Shown one piece after another: positions 1 to 10,297 of a stretch of DNA of 64,000 nucleotides. The DNA lies in assembly GCA_027493545.1 (NCBI GenBank), contig JAOSKR010000003.1:117360-181359 (forward strand). Reading direction: 5' to 3'. A program made the position numbers and the translations under genes. The notes beneath the pieces are model-generated. The model worked only from the letters and a program-made list of their open reading frames with translations. It was not told the DNA's origin and ran no database searches. Within the stretch, counting starts at the first letter, position 1. Every line of letters starts with the position of its first letter. This DNA is from Roseovarius sp. Lineage in GTDB: Bacteria; Pseudomonadota; Alphaproteobacteria; Rhodobacterales; Rhodobacteraceae.

Positions 1-500
1 AACCCAAGCCCCACAAGCCCGGTCAGCAGCAAGAACCCGAGGCCGAGCGCCGCGAACCGCGCCGGCAGCCCCAGCGGCCGCGCCCGCCACAGCGTGACAC
101 CGACGTTGAGCGCCCCGAGCGCCAGCCCCGCGACAACCGGGGCGCCGCCGACCGGCAGGCAGGCGACATGGAGCCAGGTCACGCCGCCCAGCGCGAGAAA
201 CCCCGCCACCATCGCCGCCAGCCCGACAATCAGGGCGGCATAGGACAGGATCGGAAGGCGCTGGCTGTAGAGCGTCGTCGAGGTGATGACCGGAACGAAC
301 TGATAGAGCGCGCCCAGCATCATCACGCTGAGCCAGCCGATGGTGATGAGATGCACCACCGCCAGCGTGTTCGGCTCGGCCAGCCCGGAGGTGACATCGG
401 CAAAGCCCGACGCCAGCAGCCCGAGCGCCAAAAGCAGCGCCACCACCGCTGTTCCCAGGTGCAGCATCGTCCAGCGCGAGACCCCGGCTCCGATCGTCAT
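1..500 (-). CDS. integral membrane protein of unknown family; N-terminal part in window, 3' end runs off the left edge; divergent from nsrR
   Basis: Reverse frame is open from the window edge to ATG (complement of cat 498-500). Translation MTIGAGVSRWTMLHLGTAVVALLLALGLLASGF...VVHLITIGWLSVMMLGALYQFVPV... is a chain of hydrophobic helices. The listed + ORF 168..527 is its Arg-rich shadow. Confidence 0.5.
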   Translation of the reverse strand, partial: MTIGAGVSRWTMLHLGTAVVALLLALGLLASGFADVTSGLAEPNTLAVVHLITIGWLSVMMLGALYQFVPVITSTTLYSQRLPILSYAALIVGLAAMVAGFLALGGVTWLHVACLPVGGAPVVAGLALGALNVGVTLWRARPLGLPARFAALGLGFLLLTGLVGLG

Positions 501-529
501 GGTTGCGCTCCGGCGGTGATTCCATGAAG

Positions 530-590
530 AAGTATCTTAAATACTTTTTATGCCGGATTCTGCTGGTAAGCAATATTTAAAATGCTAGTT
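530..590. promoter_or_regulatory. candidate Rrf2/NsrR operator(s) in the divergent promoter region
   Basis: AT-rich island between divergent starts (500 and 644). Perfect palindrome AAGTAT-N5-ATACTT at 530-546. AAGCAATATTTAAAATGCTAGTT at 568-590 matches about 16/23 positions of the AAGATGCATTTAAAATGCATCTT-type NsrR inverted repeat as I recall it. Confidence 0.35.
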
Positions 591-643
591 AAGGCGGGCG
601 GGACTGCAAGAACGGCAACAGGCCCCCTCGGCGAGGTGGAGAC

Positions 644-1093
644 ATGCGGCTGACGACCTTCACGGATTATTGCCTGCGCGTGCTGACATATGTCGGAACC
701 AAGGGCAGCGGCCCGGCGACCATCGACGAGATCGCCGGTCATTACGGCATCTCGCGCAACCATGTCATGAAGGTGGTTCTGCGCCTCGGCCAGTGCGGCT
801 ATCTCGAGACCACGCGCGGCAAGGGCGGCGGGATGCGGCTGGGCATGGCACCCGAAGAGGTCAATCTCGGGGCGCTCATCCGCGAGGTCGAGGTCGATAC
901 CGAACTGGTCGAATGTTTCGAGAGCGGCGGAGGCGATTGCCGCATCGCCTCGGTCTGCGTGCTGCGCTCGGTCCTGCACGAGGCACTCGAGGCCTTTTTC
1001 GCCGTGCTTGACCGCTATACGCTGGCCGACCTGCTGGCCCCGAAAAGCGACCTTGCCCGGCTGCTGGCGCTGCCGCAGCCGGGCGGTGCCTGA
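644..1093 (+). CDS. nsrR: Rrf2-family transcriptional regulator, NsrR-like nitric-oxide-sensing repressor
   Basis: 149-aa ORF MRLTTFTDYCLRVLTYV... with a winged-helix N-terminus. Cys cluster ECFESGGGDCRIASVC (C-x7-C-x5-C) is typical of Fe-S ligating Rrf2/NsrR proteins. Confidence 0.85.
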   Translation: MRLTTFTDYCLRVLTYVGTKGSGPATIDEIAGHYGISRNHVMKVVLRLGQCGYLETTRGKGGGMRLGMAPEEVNLGALIREVEVDTELVECFESGGGDCRIASVCVLRSVLHEALEAFFAVLDRYTLADLLAPKSDLARLLALPQPGGA

Positions 1094-1135
1094 TGTTCGC
1101 ATGGCCTGCCCACGCTGGCAGGGCTGCCCCTTGTT

Positions 1136-2018
1136 TCAGCGCAAGCCGCGCTGGCTTGACACCTTCCATCCCTGCGGTGGAACGGCCGGACATCGACCTC
1201 GACGCTGCCCATCAGCTCCTGCGCGACGCTGCCGAGAAACAGGCGCTTCACCCCCGAGAGCCCTCGCGTACCGATGACCAGAAGGTCGGGCCTTGCCTGT
1301 TCGACAAGCCCGATGATGGCATCCGCGGCGATACCCTCGATGATGCGGGCGCCATAGTTCAGATCGTCGAGGTCAAGGCGCTCCACGAACCGTCCAAGTT
1401 CGTGTCGCATCGTCCGGAACTCGCGCTCGGCTTCCTCGCGGGTGTGTTCGACCGGGATACCGGCACGGGTCATCATCTGCCGGGTGATCGGTGCACAGGC
1501 ATGAACAAAGCTCACGTCGGCGTCTTCAAGTAACCCCAGCGTCTTTGCCGCGCGGGCTGCATGGGCGGATGCCTCGGAAAGATCGGTTGCGATGAAGATC
1601 CGCCGCCATGGCCCGTCAGCGGGCTTGTTTGCCATGAGAACGGGACGACCGGCAGTGCGGGTGACGCGCTCGATGGTCGTGCCGACGAAGACGTCGCGCA
1701 GAAACTGGCGGCGATGCGTGCCCATGACAATCAGATCGGCAGAGCGGGCGCGCGCCTCTTCGGCGATCACACGAAAAGCATGGCCGGTCGCGACGATCAC
1801 CTCGGATCCCTCGGGTCTTCCAAACTCCTCTGTCTGTGCTGTCAGGTCATCCTCGATCCGCCCGATCTCGGCATACATTCGGCCGCCAAGCAGATCGTCC
1901 TCGACAACACTGAGCACACAAAGCCGGGCCTGATGATCCCTCGCCAGCTGGATCCCCGCTTAACAGCGGGCTGCGAGCGAGACGAGAGATCAGAGGCGAC
2001 AAGAATGGATTTCAGCAT
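1136..2018 (-). pseudogene. tandem-domain universal stress protein (UspA family), two frame disruptions as assembled
   Basis: The N-terminus MLKSILVASDLSSRSQPAVKR (ATG at 2018) is in the tail of ORF 1842..3785. The body is in ORF 1015..1917 (...ADLIVMGTHRR...RIFIATDLSEAS...LLVIGTRGLSGVKRLFLGSVAQ...). The natural-looking end AVPPQGWKVSSQRGLR-stop (tca 1136-1138) is in a third frame. Shifts are near 1940 and 1180. Confidence 0.75.
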
Positions 2019-2156
2019 GGGGTGCATGGCTTGTGGCAAGTGTCCGGGTTCTTGATAGTATTGCATTGAAACAACATCGAGAAAACCGGAAAGGCCCCGA
2101 CCGGATGGCCCCTCTGCAACCCCCTTTCGCTGGCCCTGATCGCAACCTTCCGCGAC

Positions 2157-2849
2157 ATGCTGCCGATCCTTGCGACCATCGCGCTCTTTCAGGGGCTGGT
2201 GCTGGGGACGTGGCCAGAAGACCTGGTGGGACTGCTGGCGGGATTGGTGGCGATCCTGGTTGGCCTCACGCTGCTGGTCCGCGGGCTGGAGATGAGCCTC
2301 TTTCCCATCGGCGAGGCTCTGGCCGACGCCATGGCGCGGCGCGGGCATCCGGCGTGGCTCATGGGGTTCGCCTTCGCGCTGGGGTTTGGCAGCACCGTGG
2401 CCGAGCCTGCACTGGCGGCCGTGGCGATACAGGCGGCAAGCGCCATGGTCGCCGATCCCGACTTTCCGGCAAGCGAGTCCCAACTTGCCGCCCTTGCCCT
2501 GCAGATCCGCTATGGCGTGGCGTTCGGACTGGGCCTGGCGCTGATGCTGGGGGTCTGGCGCATTCTGAAAGGCTGGCCGGTGATCTGGCTGGCCCTGCCA
2601 GGCTACGGGGTGATCGCGCTGGTGGCAATGTTCACCAACGCGCCCTTCGTTGCCGTCGGCCTGGACCTTGGTACGGCGGCGACCTCGACCTTTAACATCC
2701 CGCTGATGCTGGCACTGGGGATCGGTTTGGCGTGGGTTCTGCGCAGCCGAAACGCGCTGGTCGACGGCTTCGGCATGGTGGTGGTGGCGAGCCTGACACC
2801 GATGCTTCTGTTCCTGGCGGCCGCCTTCCTTCTGGTTCCGGGAGGGTGA
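2157..2849 (+). CDS. DUF1538-family integral membrane protein
   Basis: 230-aa polytopic ORF (…GLEMSLFPIGEALA…GSTVAEPALAAV…GTAATSTFNIPLMLALGIG…). First of a DUF1538 pair followed by a P-II-like gene, which is the usual arrangement for this family. Confidence 0.8.
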   Translation: MLPILATIALFQGLVLGTWPEDLVGLLAGLVAILVGLTLLVRGLEMSLFPIGEALADAMARRGHPAWLMGFAFALGFGSTVAEPALAAVAIQAASAMVADPDFPASESQLAALALQIRYGVAFGLGLALMLGVWRILKGWPVIWLALPGYGVIALVAMFTNAPFVAVGLDLGTAATSTFNIPLMLALGIGLAWVLRSRNALVDGFGMVVVASLTPMLLFLAAAFLLVPGG

Positions 2850-2850
2850 G

Positions 2851-3626
2851 ATGCTGGAGTTGATCCTGCACGAAGTAATCCGAACGGCCTTTGACCTGGC
2901 CCCTATCGTCCTGATCCTTGGCCTCTTCGCGGCTCGTTTCCTGGTCCGCGATCGCGCGCTCCTGCGTCGGGTGCTGATCGGTGGATTCCATCTGGCAGTG
3001 GGGCTGACGCTGTTCCGGATTGGGCTGGATCGCGCGCTGTTGCCGCTTGCCGGAGATCTGGCGCGAGGGCTGGCGGAGCCGCTGGTCACCGACCGGCGCT
3101 GGCCGCAGATCCCGGCCGTCACGGGCTTTGCAACGGCCATTGGCGCGACCGCGGCGCTGATCGAACCCACACTGGCGGCAACGGCCGACCGGGTGCGCGA
3201 CCTGACCGGCGGCACGGTCCGGCCCCTGGTGCTGCGCACCGCAGTAGCCATCGGTTTTGGCCTGGGATTGGGGCTGGCCGGGCTGCGGCTGGTCTGGGGG
3301 CTGCCACTGGGGGCGGTCCTGGTTCCGGCCGTGGTCCTGCTGGGTCTGCTTACGTTCGTCGCCCCCGTCCGCTGGTGCCGCTGGCGCTCGACAGCGGAGC
3401 GATCGCCACCTCGGTCGTCACGGTTCCGATCATTACCGCCTATGGCGTGACCGTGGCCGATACCCTGCCCGACCGCAGCGGGCTGGCCGACGGGTTCGGG
3501 ATGATCGTGCTGGCCATGATCTGCTCCGGCATCTCTGTGCTGGCCATCGCGACCCTGGCCGAACGCATCCGGCGCCGGACCCCCGGTGCCCGCAAGAAAA
3601 CGAAAGGAGCGACCCATGAAGTTTAA
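2851..3626 (+). pseudogene. second DUF1538-family membrane protein, one frameshift
   Basis: ORF 2851..3450 (MLELILHEVIRTAFDLAPIV...) continues in ORF 3375..3626 (VPLALDSGAIATSVVTVPIITAYG...). The junction is at the C5 run 3362-3366; one extra C restores ...TFVAPRPLVPLALDSG... Confidence 0.75.
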
Positions 3627-3954
3627 ATTGATTGTTGCCTTCCTGCCCGACGATCGCCTTGACGAAGTGCTCAAGGTTGCACGCACCGCCGGGGCGACGG
3701 GCTCGACGGTCATCACCTCGGCGCGCGGTGAGGGCCTCGAGCCGGAACGGAAGTTCCTCGGTCTCGAGGTCTCTTCCCATCGCAACCTCGCCTTCTGGCT
3801 GGTGGAGGAGAGCGTCGCGCCGGATGTGCTTGCGCAAATCTCGCGTGAGGGCCGTTTTGAGGAGGACCGCGGCGCCGGGATCGCGTGCCAGATCGATGTC
3901 GAGGAAGTGATGGGATTGAGGCGTCAGATCAAGGCTTTGGAAGACAAGAATTAG
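3616..3954 (+). CDS. P-II-like signal-transduction protein associated with DUF1538 transporters
   Basis: ATG at 3616 preceded by AAAGGAG. MKFKLIVAFLPDDRLDEVLKVARTAGATGSTVITSARGEG... has the beta-alpha-beta start of P-II/GlnB-like proteins. It overlaps the end of the upstream DUF1538 gene. Confidence 0.75.
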   Translation: MKFKLIVAFLPDDRLDEVLKVARTAGATGSTVITSARGEGLEPERKFLGLEVSSHRNLAFWLVEESVAPDVLAQISREGRFEEDRGAGIACQIDVEEVMGLRRQIKALEDKN

Positions 3955-4078
3955 GGCGCGTCGTGTCTGATCGGTTGTCCACCCGCCCCGGGCGTGACCC
4001 GGGGGCCTCGCCATCGCGAAAGGAGGTCCGGGCCCAAGGCTTGGGCGGGTATCGGATATGATCAGACGCGACACGCCC
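3954..4078. repeat. nested inverted-repeat element between convergent genes (possible bidirectional terminator or REP-like element)
   Basis: The outer arms GGGCGCGTCGTGTCTGATC (3954-3972) and GATCAGACGCGACACGCCC (4060-4078) pair over 19 nt with one mismatch and one wobble. They enclose the hairpins CCCCGGG-cgtga-CCCGGGG (3986-4004) and GCCCA-aggct-TGGGC (4032-4046). Confidence 0.35.
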
Positions 4079-4089
4079 TGGCTGACAGA

Positions 4090-4740
4090 TCAGCCCCGCG
4101 CCACCGCCAGCGCCGCGATCATGTCGGGCTTGGGCACCCCGGGCGCTGGATAGCTGCGGGCGCTATGGCAAAGCCCGAGCGCCAGGAACCCCGCCGCCAG
4201 CCGCACCGAGAGGGCAAGCGGCTCGATCACGGGCAGGCCGGTGGCGTCGCGCAGCGCCTGCGCTTCAGCCTCGTCGAAGGAACCCGCCAGAACCAGTACG
4301 TCGGCGTCAGACAGCTGCCCCGCGGCGTTTGTCAGGTTGCTGGCCTCGGGGGCGAAGGCGACGCCGGCGCATTGCGCGGCAAGCCCGAATTCCTGCACCT
4401 GCCTTTTCATCCGGTGCGTTGCCGCCGGCCGAGCGATCACGCCGAAGCGCGCGCCCAGCGTGAGCGCATAGAGCATCGCCGACCGCCCCGCACCGATCAC
4501 CGGCACGTCCAGCACAGAGCGCAGCGCGTTCGCGCCGAAATCCTCGGCGTCGCCGACGCAGACGGCGTCAAAGCCCTCCGCGTCCTGTCCGGCGGCAAGA
4601 TATGAAAGATCCGCCAGCGGCCAATGCGCCGGGCCGTCGAGGTCGGCGGGCAGCCCCGCGGGCGCGCGTAGCACGATCTCGGCCTCGGGATCGGCGGGCG
4701 CGGCGTGGTGCGTGTTGGAAATCACCAGAATGCGGGTCAT
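4090..4740 (-). CDS. Asp/Glu/hydantoin racemase family protein
   Basis: 216-aa ORF MTRILVISNTHH...GFDAVCVGDAEDFGANALRSVLDVPVIGAGRSAMLYA... Last gene of the long minus-strand operon. Confidence 0.7.
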   Translation of the reverse strand: MTRILVISNTHHAAPADPEAEIVLRAPAGLPADLDGPAHWPLADLSYLAAGQDAEGFDAVCVGDAEDFGANALRSVLDVPVIGAGRSAMLYALTLGARFGVIARPAATHRMKRQVQEFGLAAQCAGVAFAPEASNLTNAAGQLSDADVLVLAGSFDEAEAQALRDATGLPVIEPLALSVRLAAGFLALGLCHSARSYPAPGVPKPDMIAALAVARG

Positions 4741-4743
4741 GGC

Positions 4744-5520
4744 TCAGCCTCGTTCGGTCAGGACGGCACCGGCCTCGGCCAGGGCGCGCAAGCGGGCGGT
4801 CTCGGACGTTGCGGCGGCGGGGTAGGCGCGGCGGCTGTGACGATGGCCCAGCCCCAGCGCCGCGATCGCCATCCGGTAGGTCAGCGGCCCGGGATTGATC
4901 ACCGGCACCGGCAAGCGTTCGGCAAGATAGCCATGGGCTTCGTGCATGGTGGTCGAGCCCAGAACGATCACGTCGGCGCCGTCCTCCTCGACGCATTGCA
5001 GCGCGGCGCGGTGGAGGGCGGGAAATGTCTCGTCCTCCTTGCCGCCGAGCAGGCTCTGGTTGTCGGGGCGCAGCCCGGCCGCGCGCACCGAAGCGCATTT
5101 GTCGCCCAACCCCAGATCGGCCAGTGTCTTGGCATAAAGGTGCCGCCACTTGTCCCACATCGCGAGGATCGAGAAACGCTCGCCCAGCATCAGCGCCGAC
5201 AGCATGGCATGGCGTCCGGGGCCGATCACGGGAATGTCGAGCGCGGCGCGCAGCGGTGTCATGCCGGAATCGCTCATGGTGTCGATGCAAACCGCGTCGA
5301 AGCCCTCGGCCTGGGCATTCACCCCGGCCGCGAGGATGCCGAGATCGGCGAGCACCGAATCGTGCTGGCTGACATAGCCCGAGGGCGCGAAGGCGACCGG
5401 ACGGAACTCGAACGAAACCCCCTCGACAAGCCGGACGGCCCGCAACTGGGCGCGCCGCTTTTCGAGGTTTTCGGCACTCATCGGAAAGGGCACGATTACC
5501 AGAACTCTGTGCATGGTCAT
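4744..5520 (-). CDS. Asp/Glu/hydantoin racemase family protein (second paralogue)
   Basis: 258-aa ORF ...GFDAVCIDTMSDSGMTPLRAALDIPVIGPGRHAMLSA...DVIVLGSTTMHEA... It shares the family blocks of the downstream paralogue. Confidence 0.75.
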   Translation of the reverse strand: MTMHRVLVIVPFPMSAENLEKRRAQLRAVRLVEGVSFEFRPVAFAPSGYVSQHDSVLADLGILAAGVNAQAEGFDAVCIDTMSDSGMTPLRAALDIPVIGPGRHAMLSALMLGERFSILAMWDKWRHLYAKTLADLGLGDKCASVRAAGLRPDNQSLLGGKEDETFPALHRAALQCVEEDGADVIVLGSTTMHEAHGYLAERLPVPVINPGPLTYRMAIAALGLGHRHSRRAYPAAATSETARLRALAEAGAVLTERG

Positions 5521-5521
5521 C

Positions 5522-6912
5522 TCACTTCCTTGGTGGTTCGGCCAGCGCCCGGCGCAGCGTGGTCAGGCTGGCGGCATCGTCCAGCGCAGCGACCGCCGCC
5601 TCGACGGCCGAGGCATGGGCGCCGCCCCAGACCGGCGCGGCCAGTTCGTGGAACTTGGCGCGGATCTCGTCGGGCCTGTAGGGGTCGGCGGCGTCGCCGC
5701 GATTGGTCAGGGTCTCGCCTTCCAGTACCCGGCCATCGGCAAGCGTCATGCGCACCCGCGCCGGGAGCTGCGCGGGCAGCCGGGCGGTCATGTCGGGATC
5801 TTCGGCCACGCTCACGCGCGCGGCCAGCGCCAGCACGGTTTCGTCGGTCAGCGCCGGGGGCGGAAGGCGGACACGCTGGCGGCGCCGTGGACCAGCATCG
5901 TCGCCACCGCGAAAGGCACCGAGAACTTGGCGGCCAGCATCGTCGGCGGCGCCGGGGCGTCGAGCTGTGCCGCCATGGCGTAGCTCTCGACCTCGATGCG
6001 CGCGACGGCGTCGGGGTCGAACGGACCGTGCCGCGCAATCAGCTCGGCCAGCACGTCGAGCGCGCCGTGGGTAAAGCGGCAGGCGGCGTGGCGCTTGAAA
6101 TAGTTGCGCCTGATTTCCCAGCGCGTGCCCAGTTCCCCGGTCATCGTCGCTGCGTCGAAAGCCTCGGCCAGCACGCCTGAATAGACGCTGCGCAGGGCGT
6201 CGGTCTCGCCGGTAAAGCCGCTGGCAACGAGGTCCCAGGCATAAAGCCCGTTGCGCGCCGCAACCCCGGCATAGGCGTTGCGCACCGTCACGCCCTCGAG
6301 CATGGCACGCAGGCTGCTGCCCGGGCCCAGCGCGGCCGAGACGTTCATCGTCCGCACGATGTCGCGGCCGCCGGCACCCTCGGCGGCGGCGGCGGCCACC
6401 GCTGCACCGATCACGCCCCAGGTGCCGTGGGGATGGATGGCGGGCCTGAGCCGCGTCGCCGTGCCCACCCGTGCGCCGGCCTCGTAGCCCAGCACGAAGG
6501 CGCGCAAGAAACCGATCCCGTCCAGCCCCGCACCGCCGATCCCCGACAGCAGCGCCGGCAGGACGTGAATGCCGGGATGGCCACGGGCAAAGCTGTTGCC
6601 CTCGTCGAGTTCCAGCATGGTTCCCGCGACGCCGTTCAGAAAAGCCGCGTCACCCCCGTGCAGGCGCAGCCCCGCCCCCACCGCGATGCCGTCGCCGGGG
6701 GTGCGCGCCAGCCGCGCGGCCAGCGCGCGGGCCTCGGGCTCCTGCATCCCGGCGGCGATGGCGCCGATACAGTCGAGCAGCACCAGACGAGCCCGGGCAA
6801 TCAGCGCCGGTTCGGCGCGGCGCAGGTCGAAATCGCCGGCGAAATCGCTCCACGTCCGGGCCCGGGCCGGCGCGGGCTCGGCCAGCATGACCGAGGCTGG
6901 GGTGAGACCCAT
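5522..6912 (-). pseudogene. MmgE/PrpD-family protein (2-methylcitrate-dehydratase-like), one frameshift
   Basis: ATG at 6912 is preceded by GGGAGGA. The body lies in ORF 5848..7362 (…LLDCIGAIAAGMQ…GHPGIHVLPALL…HPHGTWGV…FKRHAACRFTHGA…). The C-terminus lies in ORF 5522..5836. The junction is at the G5 run 5856-5860 (a C6 on the coding strand would restore ...AFRPPALTDETVLALAARV...). Confidence 0.8.
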
Positions 6913-6937
6913 GACGCATCCTCCCTTCATGTTGCGG

Positions 6938-7641
<704 letters not shown>

Positions 7642-7658
<17 letters not shown>

Positions 7659-8391
7659 CCCCCGCTTTCATCCGCTTGGCCGCACCGTGCCCGAGATAGG
7701 CCTCGATCACGCCCGCGTCGCTGCTGACCTCGGCCGGGGTGCCGTGCGCGATCATCCTGCCCTGCGCCAGCACGTAGACCTCTTCGCAGAGGTTCATCAC
7801 TGCCTGCATGACGTGCTCGATCATCAGGATGGTCACGCCGTCGTCGCGGATCGCTCGGATCACCGGGACGATGTCGCGCACCTCAGACGGGTTGAGCCCG
7901 GCGAGAACCTCGTCGAGCAGCAGGAGCCGCGGCTCGGTGGCCAGCGCGCGCGCCAGTTCCAGCCGCTTGCGTCCGGCTACGGTCAGCTCGGAGGCCTGCA
8001 TGTCGAGCACCGGTGTCAGGCCGACGCGTTCGGCCACCTCCTCGGCGCGGGCATGGGCCTCGATGGTGCGGCGGTGGCGCAGATAGGCGCCCACCGCGAT
8101 ATTCTCGCGCACGTCGAGACCGGCAAAGGGCTGCACGATCTGGAAGGTCCGCGCGATCCCGCGCCGGGCGCGCTGATGCGCCTTGAGGCGGGTGATGTCC
8201 TCGCCGTCGAAGATCACGCGCCCCTCGGTCGGGGCCTGGAACCCGGCGATCATGGTGAAAAGCGTCGTCTTGCCGGCGCCGTTGGGGCCGATCAGTCCCA
8301 CGATCTGGCCACTCCCGACGCTGAGCGACGCGCCATCGACGGCAACGAGGCCGCTGAACCGCTTGGTGACGTTGTCGACCTCCAGCATCAT
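7642..8391 (-). CDS. livG: branched-chain amino-acid-type ABC transporter ATP-binding protein LivG
   Basis: MMLEVDNVTKRFSGLVAVDGASLSVGSGQIVGLIGPNGAGKTTLF... is the C-terminal 250 aa of ORF 7642..9237. The ATG at 8391 overlaps the livM stop. Confidence 0.85.
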
Positions 8392-9364
8392 GCGCCTCCA
8401 CGGTTGCCGACGCGCCGGGCGAGGCGGCTCAGTTTCTGCATCAGTCCGAGGATGCCGCCGGGCGCGAACGCCACGACCAGGATCAGGACCATGCCGTAGA
8501 TCGCCGGGTCGATCCCCGGCGCCCGTCCGGCGAGTTCCTTGGTCACCTCGCCCAGCCCGTGCAGGGTGAACGCTCCGACCAGGGCGCCCAGCACCATGCC
8601 CTTGCCGCCGACCATCGCCGCCAGCAGCGCCTCGACCGAAATCCACACACCATAGCCGATATTGGCGTCGATATAGAGAAAGTATTGCAGGTACAGGCAT
8701 CCGGCGGCGGCAGTGAAGGCCCCCGAGACGGTAATCGCCCGCAGCTTGACGCCCAGCACATCGACCCCCAGCGCCATTGCCGCGTCCTCGTTCTCGCGCA
8801 CCGCCGCGAGGTGGGCGCCGAACCTCGAATTGGCGATCCACTGGGTGACGATCAGCGCCACGCCAAGCACTGCGGTCGCCAGCCAGACAAAGGCGGCGCG
8901 GCTGGAGAACTGCAGGTTGGCGGCGCGCACGTCGAGTTCCAGCAACAGACCCGCGGCGCCGCCTGTCAGGCCCCATGAATTGGCGACGATCCGCATGACC
9001 TCGGCAAAGGCCAGCGTGACCAGCGCGAAATAGGATCCCCGGAGCCCGGCGCGGAATGACAGAAAGCCGATGATCCAGCCCACCGCCCCGCCTGCCGCCA
9101 CCGCCAGCGCGCTGGCCGTCCAGGATTGAGCCCGGCATGTATCTGCAAGATCGCCGAGACATAGGCGCCGGTGCCGAAAAACGCCGCATGGCCGAAGGAA
9201 AGCTGCCCGCCCATGCCGCCGAGCAGGTTCCAGCCATGCGCCGTCAGCGCGATGATCAGCGCGAATACGATGAAGTTCAGCGCTTCGTTCGAGGCGATGA
9301 CGACCGGCAGCAGCGCCAGTCCCGCCAGTACCAGCGCGACCGGCAGATAGCCCCGCATGCTCAT
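8388..9364 (-). pseudogene. livM: branched-chain amino-acid-type ABC permease LivM, one frameshift
   Basis: The N-terminus MSMRGYLPVALVLAGLALLP...GGQLSFGHAAFFGTGAYV is in ORF 8966..9589. The C-terminal two thirds are in ORF 8388..9605 (...WIIGFLSFRAGLRGSYFALVTLAFAE...). The junction is near 9120. Confidence 0.8.
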
Positions 9365-10234
9365 GCCCGCGCTCCGAACAGGCCGGTGGGCCGGAAGAGC
9401 AGCACCAGGATGAAGATGAGGAAGATGCCGATCTGACCCAGGCTCTCGCCGAGATAGAGCCCCGAAAGGCTCTCGACCACGCCGACGATGAGCCCGCCCA
9501 TGAGCGCCCCGGGGATCGAGCCCATGCCCCCAGCACGACGATGGTGAAGGCCACCAGCACGAAGGCGCCGCCGACACGCGGGTTGACATAGAAGGACGGC
9601 ATCAAAAAGGCAGGCGGCCACCGCCAGCGTCGCCGTCCCCAGCCCGAAGGTGATGGCGAAGATGTGCTTGACGTCGATGCCCACCAGGCTCGCGCCGAGC
9701 TTTTCCCTGGCCACCGCCCGGATCGCCTTGCCGGTGTCTGAATGCGCCAGCAGCGCCCACAAGAGCACGGTCACCACCACCGCCCCGACAAAGCCGTAAA
9801 GCCGCGCCTTGGACAACAGCAGCGGACCCAGTTCAACCACCTGAAACGAGATGTCGGTCGGGATCGAGCGGGTGTCCGACTGAAAGCCCGCCAGCAGCAG
9901 GTTCTCGATGACGATCGAGATGCCCAGCGTCACCAGCAGGATGTTGCCGTCGTCGCCGTGGCTGGCCGGCCCGATCACCGGGGCGCTGCACGGCATAGCC
10001 CAGAACGAAGAACACCGCCGATAGCGGCAGGATCATCAGATAGGGGTTCATCCCCAGCACCGTGTAGCCCAGCCAGACGGCGAACATGGCCACGGTCAGA
10101 AAGGCGCCGTGGGCGAAGTTGATGATGTGCAGCACGCCGTAGACGAGCGTCAGGCCCAGCGCCACGAGCGCATAGACTGCCCCCGTCAGCAGCCCGTTCA
10201 GCATCGCTTCGGCGACGATGGATATGGGATACAT
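9361..10234 (-). pseudogene. livH: branched-chain amino-acid-type ABC permease LivH, about three frameshifts
   Basis: MYPISIVAEAMLNGLLTGAVYALVALGLTLVYG (ORF 9833..10273) is followed by ORF 9361..9996. A short stretch then lies in the frame of ORF 8388..9605 (MMPSFYVNPRVGGAFVLVAFTIVVLG) before the sequence returns to GGMGSIPGALMGGLIVG. Junctions are near 9990, 9600 and 9535. Confidence 0.75.
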
Positions 10235-10297
10235 TGATCGCTCCGCTGGCAGGGGGGCCGACGGCGCGGACATCCGGTCCGCGCCGCCGGCCGGGGG

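Noticed and set aside
2052-2080. FNR/Dnr-like half-sites (TTGAT..., TTGCATTGAAACAA) between the usp and DUF1538 starts.
   Set aside because: The best alignment to TTGAT-N4-ATCAA has three mismatches or the wrong spacing. That is too weak to call without a genome-specific matrix.
1842-3785. 647-aa minus-strand ORF. There are similar very long ORFs elsewhere, for example 14643..16577 (+), 25578..27668 (+), 53532..56222 (+), 4705..6180 (+) and 16697..18382 (+).
   Set aside because: They are Arg/Pro/Gly/His-rich low-complexity translations lying antisense to genes with clear family signatures. These are typical shadow ORFs of a high-GC genome. Only the last ~58 codons of 1842..3785 are real, as the Usp N-terminus.
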